From Chiloscyllium plagiosum (Eukaryota), in NCBI RefSeq assembly GCF_004010195.1, contig NC_057751.1:16394466-16440241 (forward strand): 45,776 nucleotides of DNA, in the 5' to 3' direction. Each line of letters opens with the position of its first letter. Position 1 is the stretch's first letter. A program made the translations under genes and the position numbers. This document shows positions 24,590 to 37,500 of this stretch, piece by piece. The notes beneath the pieces were generated by a model. The model was not told the DNA's origin. It made no database searches and saw only the letters and a program-made list of their open reading frames with translations.

Positions 24590-25900
24590 AGACTGCAGAG
24601 GGATTTGGGAATCCTCTTCCATGAAGCCCAAAAAGCCATGTCCAAGCTCAGCGCGCAATAGGGAAGGCCAGTGGAACATTGACCTTTATTACAAAGGGAA
24701 CAGAGTATAAAACTAGGGAGGTTTTGCTAGAACTGTGCAAGGCACTGGCCAGACCCCAGCTGGAATACTGTGAACGGTTTCGGGGCCCCGTATCTAAGCA
24801 GAGATAGACCGGACATCAGAGGCAGTCCAGAGAAGGTTCACTCGGCTGCTCCTCGGGATGGAGGGACTGTGTTGAGAGGTTGAGTAGGTGAGGGCCTGTA
24901 CTCATTTCGAAGAATGAGAGGCGCCCTTATTAAAACAGATTCTTTGAGGATTTAACAAGGTAGGTGTGGAGAGGTTGGGAAGGGGAATCTCATAGAAACC
25001 TATCAAATTCTAGCAGGGACCAGACATCATAAATGCAGGAAGGATGATTGAATGAGAGAATTATTGATTTTTACTGTCACATGTATTTGCAAAGATATAG
25101 CGAAAAGTATTTTTTGCCACAATCCACCACCTTTATTCCCTGTCCACTGAGCATGCTCATATTGCCCCCTCTCCCTATCCACTCTGAGCATCCTCACATT
25201 GCCACATCTGCCCAACACACTGAGCATGCTCACATTGTCCCATCTGCCCCAACACAGTGAGCATGCTCACATTGCCTCATTCCTACTCTGAGCATGCTCA
25301 TATTGCCCCAACTCCCCCTACACACTGAGCATGCTCACATTGTCCCATCTCCCCCTTACACTTGAGCACATTACATTGCCCTTCTTCCCCCTCCTGTTCT
25401 GAGCATACTCACATTGACCCTTCTCCCCCACCATTCTGAGCATGCTCACATTGACTCATCTGTCCTCCTGCTCTGAGCATGCTCATATTGCCCCATTTCC
25501 TGTTACATTCTGAGCATGCCCACATTGCCCCTTCACCCCCCCCCCTGCTCTGAGCATGCTCACATTATCCCTTCTCCCCCTCAGACTCTGAGCATGCTCT
25601 CATCGGCCCATTTCCCCCTTCGAGTCTGCGCACGTCCAGCGGGTCACAGTCTAAGGACTATGGTATGGGCTGTTTAGGACTGAGATGAGGAGAAACATCG
25701 TCACCCTGAGGGTTGTAAGCCTGTGGAATTCTCTGCAGCAGAAAGCGGTTGGGGGGGGTGCAAAACACTGAATATTTTCAAGAAGGAGTTGGATGTAGTT
25801 CTTAGGGATAAAGCGGGGAACAGGGGACGGAATTGGATGATCAGCCCATGATCATGCTAAACGGTGGAGGATGCCTGTGGTACTGAATACCCTACGTCTG
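24590..25900 (+). mobile_element. CR1-type fragment split by a minisatellite (LINE sequence ~24590-25025 and ~25640-25900)
   Basis: agaccccagctggaatactgtgaacggtttcgggcccc..gaggcagtccagagaaggttcac; resumes at gggtcacagtctaag..gactgagatgaggagaaac. Confidence 0.7.
25145..25620. repeat. Minisatellite, 13 units of ~37 bp with palindromic core GAGCATGCTC
   Basis: Cores start at about 25149, 25186, 25222, 25259, 25290, 25327, 25364, 25400, 25438, 25475, 25512, 25552 and 25590. Confidence 0.92.
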
Positions 25901-25934
25901 GTCCGAATTTCTAACCAGTTTGTAATTGGCACCG

Positions 25935-26375
25935 GCGAGTTTTCAGAAGATTTGTAGCTGAGGTTGAGGCTCTGGATGTAGGTTTGCTCGCTGAGCTGGA
26001 AGGTTCACTTTTGGTCACCATACTCGGTAAGATCTTCAGTGAGCCACCAGACGAAGCACTGCTGATGGTTCCCGCTTTTGATTTATATGTTTGGGTTGGC
26101 GATGTCATTTCCTGTGGTGATGTCATGCCTGTGGTGATGTCAGTTCCGGTTCCTTTTCTCAGGGGGTGGGGAGATGGGGGTCTAACTCGAGGTGTTTGTT
26201 GATAGCGTTCCGGTTGGAATGCCACGCTTCGAGGAATTCTCGTGGGTGTCTCTGTTTGGTTTTGTCCCGGGTTGGATGTGTTGACCCAGTCGAAGTGGTG
26301 CCCTTCCTTATCCGTATGTGAGGATACCAGTGAGAGAGGGTCATGTCGTTTTGTGGCCAGTTGGTGTTCATGTAA
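25935..26375 (-). mobile_element. Penelope-like element fragment (GIY-YIG C-terminus and terminal repeat)
   Basis: Minus-strand KQRHPREFLEAWHSNRNAINKHLEL; homologous to 44480-44830. Confidence 0.75.
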
Positions 26376-26502
26376 TTGGCATTAATGGGGTCGAGGGACT
26401 TTCTCTTTTGCCCAACTTCCTTTGACAATGAGTGCGCGTGCACCCTGCACGTCCTCTTGGAACCGCCCATTTCACGTCATCCCTTTCCTCCTACCACAGG
26501 CC

Positions 26503-26697
26503 ATGGACAGGGACACGAACAGGAGGGAAACGGAAAGCCGAGACGCAGAGAATGCCAATGACAGCCGGCCGCCAGTTTCCCCGAGCCCGGAGCCGCGCCG
26601 TTCTTATGGCAACCATCCAGCCGGTGACGGGCATCAGTTTCCAAACGCTGCATCGAGCTCCAGGGAGACGCCAGATAACCACGTTTTCTGCGTCGAG
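26503..26697 (+). CDS. PARG-like gene, probable first coding exon (exon begins 26500, ATG 26503)
   Basis: ccctttcctcctaccacAG|gccATGg (acceptor plus strong Kozak context) and GAG|GTGGGT donor at phase 0. The 65 codons MDRDTNRRETES...RETPDNHVFCVE end weakly like human PARG ..PSANHTVTIR and join in frame to the next exon. Confidence 0.65.
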
Positions 26698-27059
26698 GTG
26701 GGTGAGGTACAACTCTACTAGAAAAAAGTGTGGGGGGAGGGTATAGTGCGTGCTGGGAGGATCCCGGCGGTCATACAATTTTCTCTTCTTTGGCGGAATG
26801 CGTTGTCATTTTGCAAGGGCCGAGCGAGGGGCCAACCACAGTGGTTGTGGGTCAGGAGTCATGTGTAGGCCAGACCAGGTGAGGGTGGCCAATTCACTTC
26901 CCGAAAGGGATGTGAGTGAACCGGATGGATTCAAACCACATTGAATTCAAATTTCATCATCAACCATTTGGATTCAGTCCCCGCTAGCCTGGGAGCTGGC
27001 AGTGGTATTGCCACAGAGAGACACAATCGCACGCCTATCACCTACTTGGGTTAGACGCA

Positions 27060-27950
27060 TATGTGTCCCTTGGCCTCTTCCTTTCCTGTCCAAACATAGC
27101 AAGACCCTGGACGATATCCAGGTTTGGGTTAAATATTGGCATTTGACTTTCACACCATGCAAGTGCTTGGGTAATGACTATCTCCACCATCATTCCCTTG
27201 ATATTCAATTGCATAACCATCACTGAATTCCCCCCCCACTATCAACATCCTGGGGGTTACCGTCTCCAACAAGAGAGAATCTAACCATCGCCCCCTTGAC
27301 GTTCAATGGCGTTANNNNNNNNNNNNNNNNNNNNNNNNNNNNNNNNNNNNNNNNNNNNNNNNNNNNNNNNNNNNNNNNNNNNNNNNNNNNNNNNNNNNNN
27401 NNNNNNNNNNNNNNNNNNNNNNNNNNNNNNNNNNNNNNNNNNNNNNNNNNNNNNNNNNNNNNNNNNNNNNNNNNNNNNNNNNNNNNNNNNNNNNNNNNNN
27501 NNNNNNNNNNNNNNNNNNNNNNNNNNNNNNNNNNNNNNNNNNNNNNNNNNNNNNNNNNNNNNNNNNNNNNNNNNNNNNNNNNNNNNNNNNNNNNACAAAC
27601 CCCCATTCCCTCCACCCCCCGCCGCTCAGTAACAGCAGTGGGTACCATCTACAAGATGCACTGCAGCAACTCCCCCCAGGCTCCTCAGACAGCACCTTCC
27701 AAATCCCACGGCCACTTCCATCGGGAAGGACAAGGGGCAGCAGGTACATGGGAACACCACCCCCTGCAAGTTCCCCTCCGAGCCCCTCACCGTCCCGACT
27801 CGGAAATATATTGGCCGTTCCTTCAGTGTCGCTGGGTCGGAATCCTGGGACTCCCTCCCTGAGGGCGCTGGGTGGGGGGTCCCTATACCACACACGGTTC
27901 AAGATGGCGGCTCACCCCCACTGGTGATTGAGGAACGGGGCAATAAGCGG
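27060..27950 (+). mobile_element. Second LINE family (L2/CR1-group) 3' fragment spanning a gap; related pieces at 3910-4015(-) and 24420-24560(-)
   Basis: LDDIQVWVKYWHLTFTPCKC RT C-terminal-like peptide; catgggaacaccacccctgcaagttcccctcc recurs in reverse at 3935-3970. Confidence 0.6.
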
Positions 27951-28043
27951 TGGGCCCAGCTCTGTGAAGGTACCTGGATTTGAATTGTTCAAAGGATCGT
28001 TGAGAATAGTGCAGGTAATCCCTGTGCATCACTTTTCACCTAG

Positions 28044-28172
28044 CTACAAGCTCTGGAAATGGGGCAACTCGTTCCTTTTCTGACCTGGAAGGCGGCGGAG
28101 GTCTGGAGTCCTCATCATGTGAAAATGCCCTTTTCAAACCGCAGCGTGCAGACCAAGACAAGGGCAGGAGTG
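28044..28172 (+). CDS. PARG-like coding exon, phase 0-0
   Basis: cttttcacctAG acceptor and GTG|GTAATG donor. LQALEMGQLVPFLTWKAAEVWSPHHVKMPFSNRSVQTKTRAGV aligns with human PARG VDLLRAGEVPKPFP...LWDNKHVKMPCSEQN. Confidence 0.85.
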
Positions 28173-28684
28173 GTAATGTAACAGGGAACGGGTGGGCGAT
28201 CCGCAGTGAACCGATCTCACCAACTCTTGCCTCGACTGACATTCCCCCCCCCCCCCCCAAAGATTGGGACAAATCAGCAACAAAGTGGGGGCCCAGTAGC
28301 TGCGGCCCACCCTCTCGGGCTCTTCTCCGTGGCCCCAGGCAGAAGCGAAGGGCAGGCCGTAAAATTGTCGCCGATCTTTATTTCCTCCTGCTTTAAGGAC
28401 AGGCCGTCATCAATAGCGAGAGGGGCATTCGTTGCCCTTTCCCTCAGTGACCTTGAACCCAGCTGCTCACTTGCTACTTGCAGGCGGCCATTACGAATCA
28501 ACCACTTCACTTTAGTAGGCCCGACTAGGGGTCAGGAGGGCCAATCTCCTGGGACATTAATGAACCCGATAGGTGTTCTTCGATAAGTTGATGAGAGGTT
28601 AAAGGTCACCATTAGTGCATGATTTGATTTTCCAGGTTTATGAATTGAATTTACACAGGACATCCTAATTTCCTTGCCTTTCAG

Positions 28685-28765
28685 TATCATACAGAGGTGA
28701 AACGCTGGGATGTAGTCAAAGGAGTTCTGGGCAAGGCCAAGTTTGAATCCTCGAAGGATTTGGAG
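28685..28765 (+). CDS. PARG-like coding exon, phase 0-0
   Basis: ttccttgcctttcAG acceptor and GAG|GTAATA donor. YHTEVKRWDVVKGVLGKAKFESSKDLE aligns with human PARG ..[22 protein letters not shown]. Confidence 0.8.
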
Positions 28766-28870
28766 GTAATAGCATCGATTAGTTTGTAACCTCTCCACAG
28801 AACTCCAGTTTTCTCATTTACTTCTCATACCGCTTGAACTCCGGTCTCATTCCTCATGGTCCTGGAACGT

Positions 28871-29400
28871 TTAGATTAAATTAGATTCCCGACAGTGTGG
28901 AAATAGGCCCTTCGGCCCAACAAATCCACACCGACCCTCCAACGAGTAACCCACCCAGACCCATTCCCTCTGACTAATGCACCCAGCATTATGGGACAAT
29001 TTAACACGGCCAATTCACCCTAATCTGCACATCCCTGAGCACTATGGGTAATTTAGCATGGCCAATCCACCCTAACCTGCACATCCCAGAGCACTATGGG
29101 TAATTTAGCATGGCCAATCCACCCTAACCTGCACATCCCTGAACACTATGGGTAATTTAGCATGGCCAATCCACCCTGACCTGCACATCACTGAGCACTA
29201 TGGGTAATTTAGCATGGCCAACCCACCCTAACCTGCACAGTCTTTGGACTGTGAGAGAAAACCGGAGCACACGGGGGAAACCCTCGCAGGCACAGGGGGA
29301 GAATGTGCAAACTCCACACAGACAGCCGCCCGAGGCTGGAATCGAACCCAGGGCCCTGGTGCTGTGAGGCAGCGGTGCTAACCACTGAGCCACCGTGCCC
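28871..29400 (-). mobile_element. HE1-type SINE with ~4-5 internal 52-bp tandem units
   Basis: Complete tRNA head at 29335-29400; unit cactatgggtaatttagcatggccaatccaccctaacctgcacatccctgag. Confidence 0.88.
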
Positions 29401-29483
29401 TTCCCTTTCTTTGGGAAACACATGTTTCAGACACACAGCATTGATTTTAAAATAGGGTCAGATATAAAAGCATGAAATACACT

Positions 29484-29746
29484 GGGCAGGGACAACCCTG
29501 CGTTAGATACAGAGTAAAGCTCCCTCTACACTGTCCCCCATCAAACACTCCCAGGACAGGGACAGCATGGGGTTAGATACAGAGTAAAGCTCTCTCTACA
29601 CTGTCCCCCCATCAAACACTCCCAGGACAGGGACAGCATGGGGTTAGATACAGAGTAAAGCTCCCTCTACACTGTCCCCCATCAAACACTCCCAGGACAG
29701 GGACAGCACGGGGTTAGATACAGAGTAAAGCTCCCTCTACACAGTC
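29484..29746. repeat. 70-bp tandem repeat running into a gap
   Basis: gttagatacagagtaaagctccctctacactgtcccccatcaaacactcccaggacagggacagcatggg, about 3.6 copies. Confidence 0.92.
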
Positions 29747-30935
29747 NNNNNNNNNNNNNNNNNNNNNNNNNNNNNNNNNNNNNNNNNNNNNNNNNNNNNN
29801 NNNNNNNNNNNNNNNNNNNNNNNNNNNNNNNNNNNNNNNNNNNNNNNNNNNNNNNNNNNNNNNNNNNNNNNNNNNNNNNNNNNNNNNNNNNNNNNNNNNN
29901 NNNNNNNNNNNNNNNNNNNNNNNNNNNNNNNNNNNNNNNNNNNNNNNNNNNNNNNNNNNNNNNNNNNNNNNNNNNNNNNNNNNNNNNNNNNNNNNNNNNN
30001 NNNNNNNNNNNNNNNNNNNNNNNNNNNNNNNNNNNNNNNNNNNNNNNNNNNNNNNNNNNNNNNNNNNNNNNNNNNNNNNNNNNNNNNNNNNNNNNNNNNN
30101 NNNNNNNNNNNNNNNNNNNNNNNNNNNNNNNNNNNNNNNNNNNNNNNNNNNNNNNNNNNNNNNNNNNNNNNNNNNNNNNNNNNNNNNNNNNNNCGACAGA
30201 GGAAACCTGCCCTCTCGCCACTCCCAACAAAAAGGATTCTAAACCCCCCCCCCTTTCAAGTCACCCCTTTGCCTTCAATATTCAAGATGGCTGAGTCCCA
30301 GCCTGCCAACCATTTCCTGAAATCCGTGCTCACAAGTATCTGGTATTGTCCTTCGAAATCGCTGCACCCTCTCCGGTGTTACAGAGATGTTCCCAACATT
30401 TAGTCAAACTCCTCCAAGCCGACCAGATATCCTCAATTAATTTAGTCCCATTTGTCGTGTCCCCGTCAAACCTTCCTGTTCGTGTACCCATGCAGATGCC
30501 TTTTACGTGTTGTGATTGTGCCCACTTCCTTGACTGTTCGCCTTGTCCATGTCCCTCATGATTTTATAAGGTCATCCCTCAGCCTCTGACAGGAAACCTG
30601 CCCCAGCCTGTTCAGCCTCTCCCTGTAGTGTTCCTCACTCCTTTTGACATACGGTGCAAAGCACTCTTGGTAGTTTATTCAAGGTACACCCCTCTCTCTG
30701 CACAGTGCTGGCAACCTGAGTACATGTTTCTACGCATTTGACGTGTAAGGACGATGTGTATTCATTAATTCACGGGAAGTGGGTGTTCCACAACAGTATT
30801 ATTCACTGTTCAGAACTTGGCCACAAAAGGGCACTGTGACTCCTCCTGAGGAGCTACTCACGCCCTGCTCATTAAAACTCACTCAAAGACTACCAGTCCC
30901 TCTTAAGCAGCTGCTGGATCCACAAGTCACTGTCT

Positions 30936-31195
30936 TACTTACAGTGTGGAAACAGGGCCTTGGGCCCAACAAGTCCACTCAGACCCATTCCCCTACGTTT
31001 ACCCCTTCACCTAACACTGCGGGCAATTTAGCATAGCCAGTTCACCCTAACCTGCACGTTTTTGGACTGTGGGGGGAAACCCACACAGTCACGGGGACAA
31101 TGTGCAAACTCCACGCAGGCAGTTGCCTGAGGTGGGAATTGAACTCAGGTCTCTGGCGCTGTGAGGCAGCAGTGCTAACCACTGAGCCACCGTGC
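30936..31195 (-). mobile_element. HE1-type SINE, no internal expansion
   Basis: Same head, body and tail as the other copies. Confidence 0.85.
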
Positions 31196-32129
31196 TACCG
31201 AATTGGACTGAGAGGCCTTTTCCAAGAGGCTGGTATTGTGCTCTCGAGAGCACTGGGAGATGCTTCTTTGTGTGTTAACTGCCGTGTCCACTAGCTCATC
31301 CCAGTTGTTTCCTTTCAGTCAGCCCACCACCATCATGTTATGTTCCTTTTAAGTCCAAGAACGGAAGTCGTAGAGGCCCTTCAACCCGTCAAATATGCTC
31401 CACCGTTCATTGAGATCATGGCTGACCCAGTAATGCTCAACTCCGCTTACCTTGATCCCCTATCATGAGTAAAGATCTACCTCTGCCACGAATGGACGTC
31501 ATCACCCAGCCTCAACAGCTCTCTGTGGTTAAAACGTTCCACCGATTCACTGCCCTTGGGAGAGAAGGAGTCCCTCCTCGTCTCTGATTTCAATGGGTGA
31601 GCCCAGATGACGCCCTCTGGCCCTGGACCGACCCACAAGGGGATAACACCTCTCCCCCTGTCATCCACCCTTCCTCCCCCACCCCACCGCTGACAAGAAG
31701 ACTTTCTGTGTGGGTGCAAACACAGAGATGTGATGCCAGGAGTTTGCGCGTCACTAGGAATGTGCAATTGGATGAAGGAGGCCTCAGGACGAAGGCTGGG
31801 GAGAGCGTGCGGAGACAGTTACCAAGGCAACGCCAAGGGTCGAGGGAGTTCAGTTGTGCGGGGAGATGAGAGGAGGAAATTTTGCTGGATCGCGCGTAAC
31901 TCCAGACCCGCAGCAACGTGGTCGACTCCGAACTGCCCTCAGAAACGGCCACGCCACTCAGTTCAAGTGCAAGCAACGCCCACGTTCTCCTGAAAGGAAC
32001 GAAAAGGGAACTTCAGACCAGGCGGGCATCTCGGAGACGGCGATCATTGCCTGGGAAGGTGCTGGCGGGGGTAGAAAATTAAGCTGAAGAGCTCCTAGGT
32101 CCCTCTGTCCAACGACAACACAACCCCAA

Positions 32130-32990
32130 GCAACTTCCATCATGGCTGGCATGCTGAATGAATATCTTGCGTCTGGCGTTAACAACGAGGGGGTTGCCAA
32201 CCTGGCCAGTGCGACAGAAGAGGGAATCCTGGCTCGCAAGGATCCGGATGTGAAGATTTTCACGGAAGCGAGAGTTCCAGTGGTGCATCGGCAACATCAC
32301 AGCCTTGGTCAAGAGCAGTTGGAAGGATCCTCGCACCTTTGGTGGGCGAGAAAGCTTCCAGAAACAATTCGTGAGTCGCGTGGAAAACCGTCAGGTCGAT
32401 CAGGAAGAGCCAGCGTGGATTCCCAAAGGGGCTACCGCCTTGGACTAACTTGCTGGAGTTTTGCTTTGGGAAGAGAGAATGCGAAGGGTCACTGGGGGCA
32501 ATGTTGTTGATGTGGTGTACATGAACTTCCAGAAGGTGTTCTCTACAGTTCCACACAACAGACTGGTGAGGAGCCTTATTAGTCATCAATAAAAGGGCTG
32601 CTTGCCCCCCCACCCCCTACCCTGGGGGTATTGTGTCCAGTTGTGTGCGCCACATTATGGGAATGATGTGAAAATGTTGGGGAGAGAGAGAGAGAGCGCA
32701 GAAGGGATTTACAACAACGGGGACGGGAAACATCAGCGATGAGGAGAGAGATGGAAGACGTTGGGAGCGTCCTCCTCAGAGAGGAGAGGGAGATCCGATA
32801 GAGGATTTCAGAATCGGGGGTCGGAGGGGGGTGGGAGAGAGAGAAGCTGTCCCTGTTGGTGAAAGGAACAAGAACGAGAGAGGGGGGGGCAGACATTTGA
32901 AGGGACGTTCAAACGAAGCAAGGGGGACGTGAGAGAGAACCCCCTCACCCAGCGCGTGGTTAGGGTGTGGAAATGCACTGCCTGGAAACC
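32130..32990 (+). mobile_element. Highly decayed CR1 ORF2 fragments
   Basis: AGMLNEYLASG, SQRG...TNLLEF and VDVVYMNFQKVF..VPHNRL motifs, then a 3'-end segment. Confidence 0.7.
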
Positions 32991-33026
32991 TGGGGGAGCG
33001 GGGAGGGAAAGATCGACAGGGAGAGA

Positions 33027-33790
33027 ACGGTGGCTCGGTGGTTAGCACCGCTGCCTCACGGCGCCAGGGACCCAGGTTCGATTCCACGCTCGGGCGACTG
33101 TCTGTGTGAAATCTGCACATTCTTCCCCCCCGTATCTGAGTGGGTTTCCTCCCGCAATCCAAAGCTGTGCAGGTGAGGGTGGATTGGCCGTGCTAAATTA
33201 CCCATAGTGCTCAGGGATGTGGTTAGGGTGGATTGGCCATGCTAAATTACCCATAGTGCTCAGGGATGAGTAGGTCAGGGTGGATTGGCCATGCTAAATT
33301 ACCCATAGTGCTCAGGGATGAGTAGGTTAGGGTGGATTGGCCGTGCTAAATTACCCATAGTGCTCAGGGATGTGTAGGTTAGGGTGGATCGGCCATGCTA
33401 AATTATCCACAGTGCTCAGGGATGTGCGGGTTAGGGTGGATTGGCCGGGCTAAATTACCCATAGTGCTCAGGGATGTGCAGGTTAGGGTGAATTGGCCGT
33501 TCTAAATTACCCATAGGTGCAGGTTAGGGTGGATTGGCCGTGCTAAATTACCCATAGTGCTCAGGGATGTGAAGGTTAGGGTGGATTGGCCGTGCTAAAT
33601 TACCCATAGTGCTCAGGGATGTGCAGAATAGGGTGGATTGGCCATGCTGAATTGCCCCGTAGCGTCCAGGGATGAGTCGGCCAGGCGGATTAGTCTCGGG
33701 AAATGCACGGTTATGGAGGTAGGGTCGGGCTGGGTGGGATATTCTTCAGAGGGTCTTGCAGGCCGAATGGCCTCTTTTCCACATTCTTGG
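33027..33790 (+). mobile_element. HE1-type SINE with ~9-10 internal 52-bp units
   Basis: A/B boxes at 33027-33086; array at 33168-33660. Confidence 0.88.
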
Positions 33791-34109
33791 AACTCTGGGC
33801 GTGTAAAGGAAGTGAACAATGAAGTCCGTTGCTGGAACACTGAATGGACTCCCAAACTCTTAACATTTGCCCGGACCTGTGTTTTTATTTTTGCCACTGT
33901 TTACCTATTATTTAATTATCTATGCTCCTTAACTCTGTGATCTGCCTGTATTGCTCGCAAGACAAAGTTTTCACTGGGCCTCGGTACACGTGGTGATCAA
34001 TTCAATTCAATTCAACTTAAGTATAACTCATTGAAGATCTGGTTTTGAGAGTTCAGTTAATGAAACGCACACAGCCACATTAGTAACAGTACCTTTGGTT
34101 GGGCTGCTT

Positions 34110-34505
34110 TTGTCTGTCAGTTATGTCAATGATTTAAATAAGACAACAGGCATGGTTAGTAAAGTCTGCATCAAAATTAGTGGTATGGGGGGGAAGTGAA
34201 GACAGATCTTGATCAATTAGGTCAACGGGCTAAGGAGTGGCAGACTGAGTTCAATTTGGATAAATGCGAGGTGTTGCGTTTTAGTAAAACACACAAGGGG
34301 CTGGACTTAGGCACTTAATTCCCGATGAAGGGCTTTGGCTGGGTTTTCCTGCTCCTCGGATACTGCCGGACCAGCACTGCTCCGATCTTGACCTCGACAG
34401 TTAAGGGTACAACAGAGAGACCGACGAGGGGAGGGGTTCGGGTACACACTTTCTTGAAGTTTGCGTCAAAGGTGGACAGGGTGGTGAAGGAAGCATTTAG
34501 CGGAT
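34110..34505 (+). mobile_element. CR1-type fragment immediately 5' of the L1 element
   Basis: ttcaatttggataaatgcgaggtgttg and FLKFASKVDRVVKEAFS. Confidence 0.7.
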
Positions 34506-34507
34506 TT

Positions 34508-37500
34508 GGCAAGATGGCGGCGATTCTGTGGAACGGCTTGAGGACAGCTCTGCCTCACAGCCAAGGCATACCGGTGTCGTGTTTTTATGCCATCCCTGGC
34601 CAGCTTACGTGGTGGAATTATTAGTTTTAAAACTTTACAGATCACATATTTGTTAATATTTGGGAAGGAATGCCAAAGGGAAAAGGAGTGAGCAAACAGC
34701 AGCAGGGAGGACACCAGACAGCAGCCTCTCCTGAACTTCCCGGGGGACCTGACAGAGTCTCAGGAATTGGCTGCGGCGATGGCGAGACTTACCTCGAAGG
34801 TCGGGGCTGCGATTGGGGAGACCCGTGGGGAGATTCGTGCCCAGGTCCAACCTATCGCATCCATGCCACAGAGGTACGAGCAGGAGACCCAGGGCCTCGG
34901 GGAGAGGCTGGAGGAGGTGGAGGGTCGAACTGAGGCCTCGGAAGCTGCGATGGAGTTCCTCATCCAGTCGGATCCAGCTGCCGGAGCGAGAGGTGCGGGC
35001 CGAGCGAGACGACCTCGAAAACCGAGGTCGGAGGACCTAATCTCCGAATTGGCGGGCTCCCTGAAGGTGAGGAAGGTGAGCAGCCAGTCAGCTTCGTTGC
35101 TAGTGAAGTTTTCGGGCCTTTACGTCAAGGCCAGCTGGCTGCAGATTGAGAGGGCGTATCGGGTTACAGTGCACAGGTCAGGGCCGGTGCAGCACCCCCG
35201 CCCGGTCCTAGTGCACCTCCACTCATATAAGGACAAGCGAAGAGTCGTGGAAGCTTCCAGATTACTGGGAAAAGATCCGCAGGCGCTGCTGTACAAGGGG
35301 GTCAAAAATCATGTCTTTCCAGGATTTTTCAGCAGCTGTAATTCGAAGGAGGAAGTCCTTCGATGGAGTTAAAAGGTTGAGGAATCTGGGCATCCAGCAG
35401 TCCATGAGATACCCCGCAGTGCTCCGTTTCAACCACGAGGACTCAGTTTATACATTTGACTCGGCAGATAAGGCTAAAAACTTTGTAGACACTTTAAAAT
35501 AGATGAACTGGCCTGAAGAATATGATTAATGTTCATTCTCTTTTCCTTCTTTCCCCATGTTTTCCCTTCCTTTTTTTTTTATTCCTTTCTTTCTCCTTAA
35601 TAATTTTTTTTTTGGAAAGAGGGAAAAAAACTACTTGGAATAAGTTGTTCCTTTTTTTTTTAGTAACTGGATTTTCTGATGGGAAATCTTGTGAATGTTC
35701 TTTGTTATCTTTCCCCCCTTTTGCTTGCTCTCTCTCTCTCTCTCTCTATTAGTCACAAGTCGGGGTGACATGGAGCCAGGGATGGGTGGACTGCTCATCC
35801 TGACTTTGTCTTTTTTTTCCCCCGTTGGTTTAAGGATCATCTCCTTGTTTTTTTTGTCTGGCCTAAGGCTGGGACACAGTCCGGGTTTAAAGGAGCTGTG
35901 ACGGAGGGGTTGGGTAGGGTGAATGCCCCCTATGGGCAGGGCGAGGAGTCTTCCATCCAAGGTTTTATAGTTGGGTTTCTTTGGTAGTGATAGTTGTTTC
36001 TAGTTATGATAGAGTAGTTTACGTATATATAATTGTTCGACTCCATGAGTCTTTATTTACTTGTGTTCGGCGCTTTGTAAGCAGGGTTCCCCCTCCCAGG
36101 GGTTCAAGTGTCTTATTAAATGGTGCACCTGGAACATCAAGGGAAGTCATTCGCCTGTTAAAAGGTAGAAAGTGCTTTCTAGCCTTAAGAGGGAAAGGGT
36201 TGGATATTGCTCTGTTGCTGGAAACCCATCTCAATGAAGGGGTACACCTGAAGTTACAACAGAGGGGTTATGACAGGGTATTGTTTTCATCCTTTACTAC
36301 TAAAAGTAGGGGAGTGGCTGTACTTATCCAGAAAAATCTTCCGTTCACATTATTAGTGCAGGTGAAAGATGGGCAGGGACGGTTTGTGATACTTATAGCC
36401 CTGATACATGGGGAGGAATACAGCATTTTAAATGTCTACTGTCCTCTGGCGCATCCCCTCAAATTTTTGATGAATGCTTTCTCTAAGCTGAGTGCCTTTG
36501 GACTCAGGGCCTAATAGCGGGGGGGGATTTTAATTGTCTTTTGGATCCAACAGTGGTCAGGATGCCTAGTGGGCCCTCACTATCTCTTCACAGGCCAAGG
36601 ATATGGTTGACTTATGCGAGGAGTTGGGGCTGGTGGATATTTGGAGATGTCTTCATCCGATCAGCAGGGACTTCACCTTTTCTTCAAACCCACATAAATA
36701 TCACACGAGGATTGACCTCTTTCTGGCTCCCTCGGCCCTTCTGGATTCGATTATGGGTTGTAAAATTGGGGATATAGCTATCTCTGATCACCTGGTGGTA
36801 TATTTGCAAGATAAGGCCAAGAGTGAGGGGCGAGGTTTGCGGCACTGGCGTTTGGACCCTTTTCTCCTTAAGGATTCCAAATTTGTGGAATGCTTTTTGA
36901 AGGAGCTTCAGGAATTCTTGACTATCACCGCAGGCACGGCTAGTAGTCCGTCTATGCTATGGGAGACTGCTAAGGCCTTTGCCAGGGGATTAGCTATTCC
37001 CTATTCGGCGAGCCGGAAACGACAGCAGCGTCTAACTTGAGACGCGGTTGAAAGCCGCTGAGGCGGCACATTTTGCGCAGCCGTTGGTGACTAAGCTACA
37101 GCGGGTCACGGCCCTTCGGGGCTGCCTTGAATTCAATACTGACACAAACCGCAAAGAAAGAGCTTGCTTTTGCTAGAAAAAGGCTGTTTGAATGTGGGGA
37201 TAGGTCAGGGAAGTATTTAGCTGTACCTGACGAGGAAAACGCCTGCTCCCCAATCCATTACTGCAGTCAGAGGCAGCACCGGGGTCCTGACATACGATGC
37301 TAAAAAGATTAATGAGGCTTTTTCAAGCCTTTACTCTGAATTGTATCGGACTGAATGTTGCGAGGGCAGGAGGGCTAAAATGGAGGCCTTTTTTAAGAAC
37401 CAGGACCTCCCAGGGGTAACATTGGAACAGGCCTCTCTCCTTAATGCCCCCATGACAGTTCAGGAAATACAGGAGGCCGCTAGGCAACTTCAGAGTGGGA

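Noticed and set aside
23776..24679. Long ORFs spanning N runs (also 27220-27902 and 29682-30230)
   Set aside because: They are artefacts of translating through assembly gaps.
25145..25620. CRISPR-like look (palindromic repeat with variable spacers)
   Set aside because: The spacers are related C-rich variants of each other, the context is a vertebrate genome, and there are no cas genes. It is a minisatellite.
33168..33660. Interstitial telomeric repeat
   Set aside because: There is only one TTAGGG per 52-bp SINE-derived unit, not tandem hexamers.
34019..34050. KYNSLKIWF as the missing PARG exon
   Set aside because: It has no pyrimidine-rich acceptor, a stop follows immediately, and it lies at a repeat tail.
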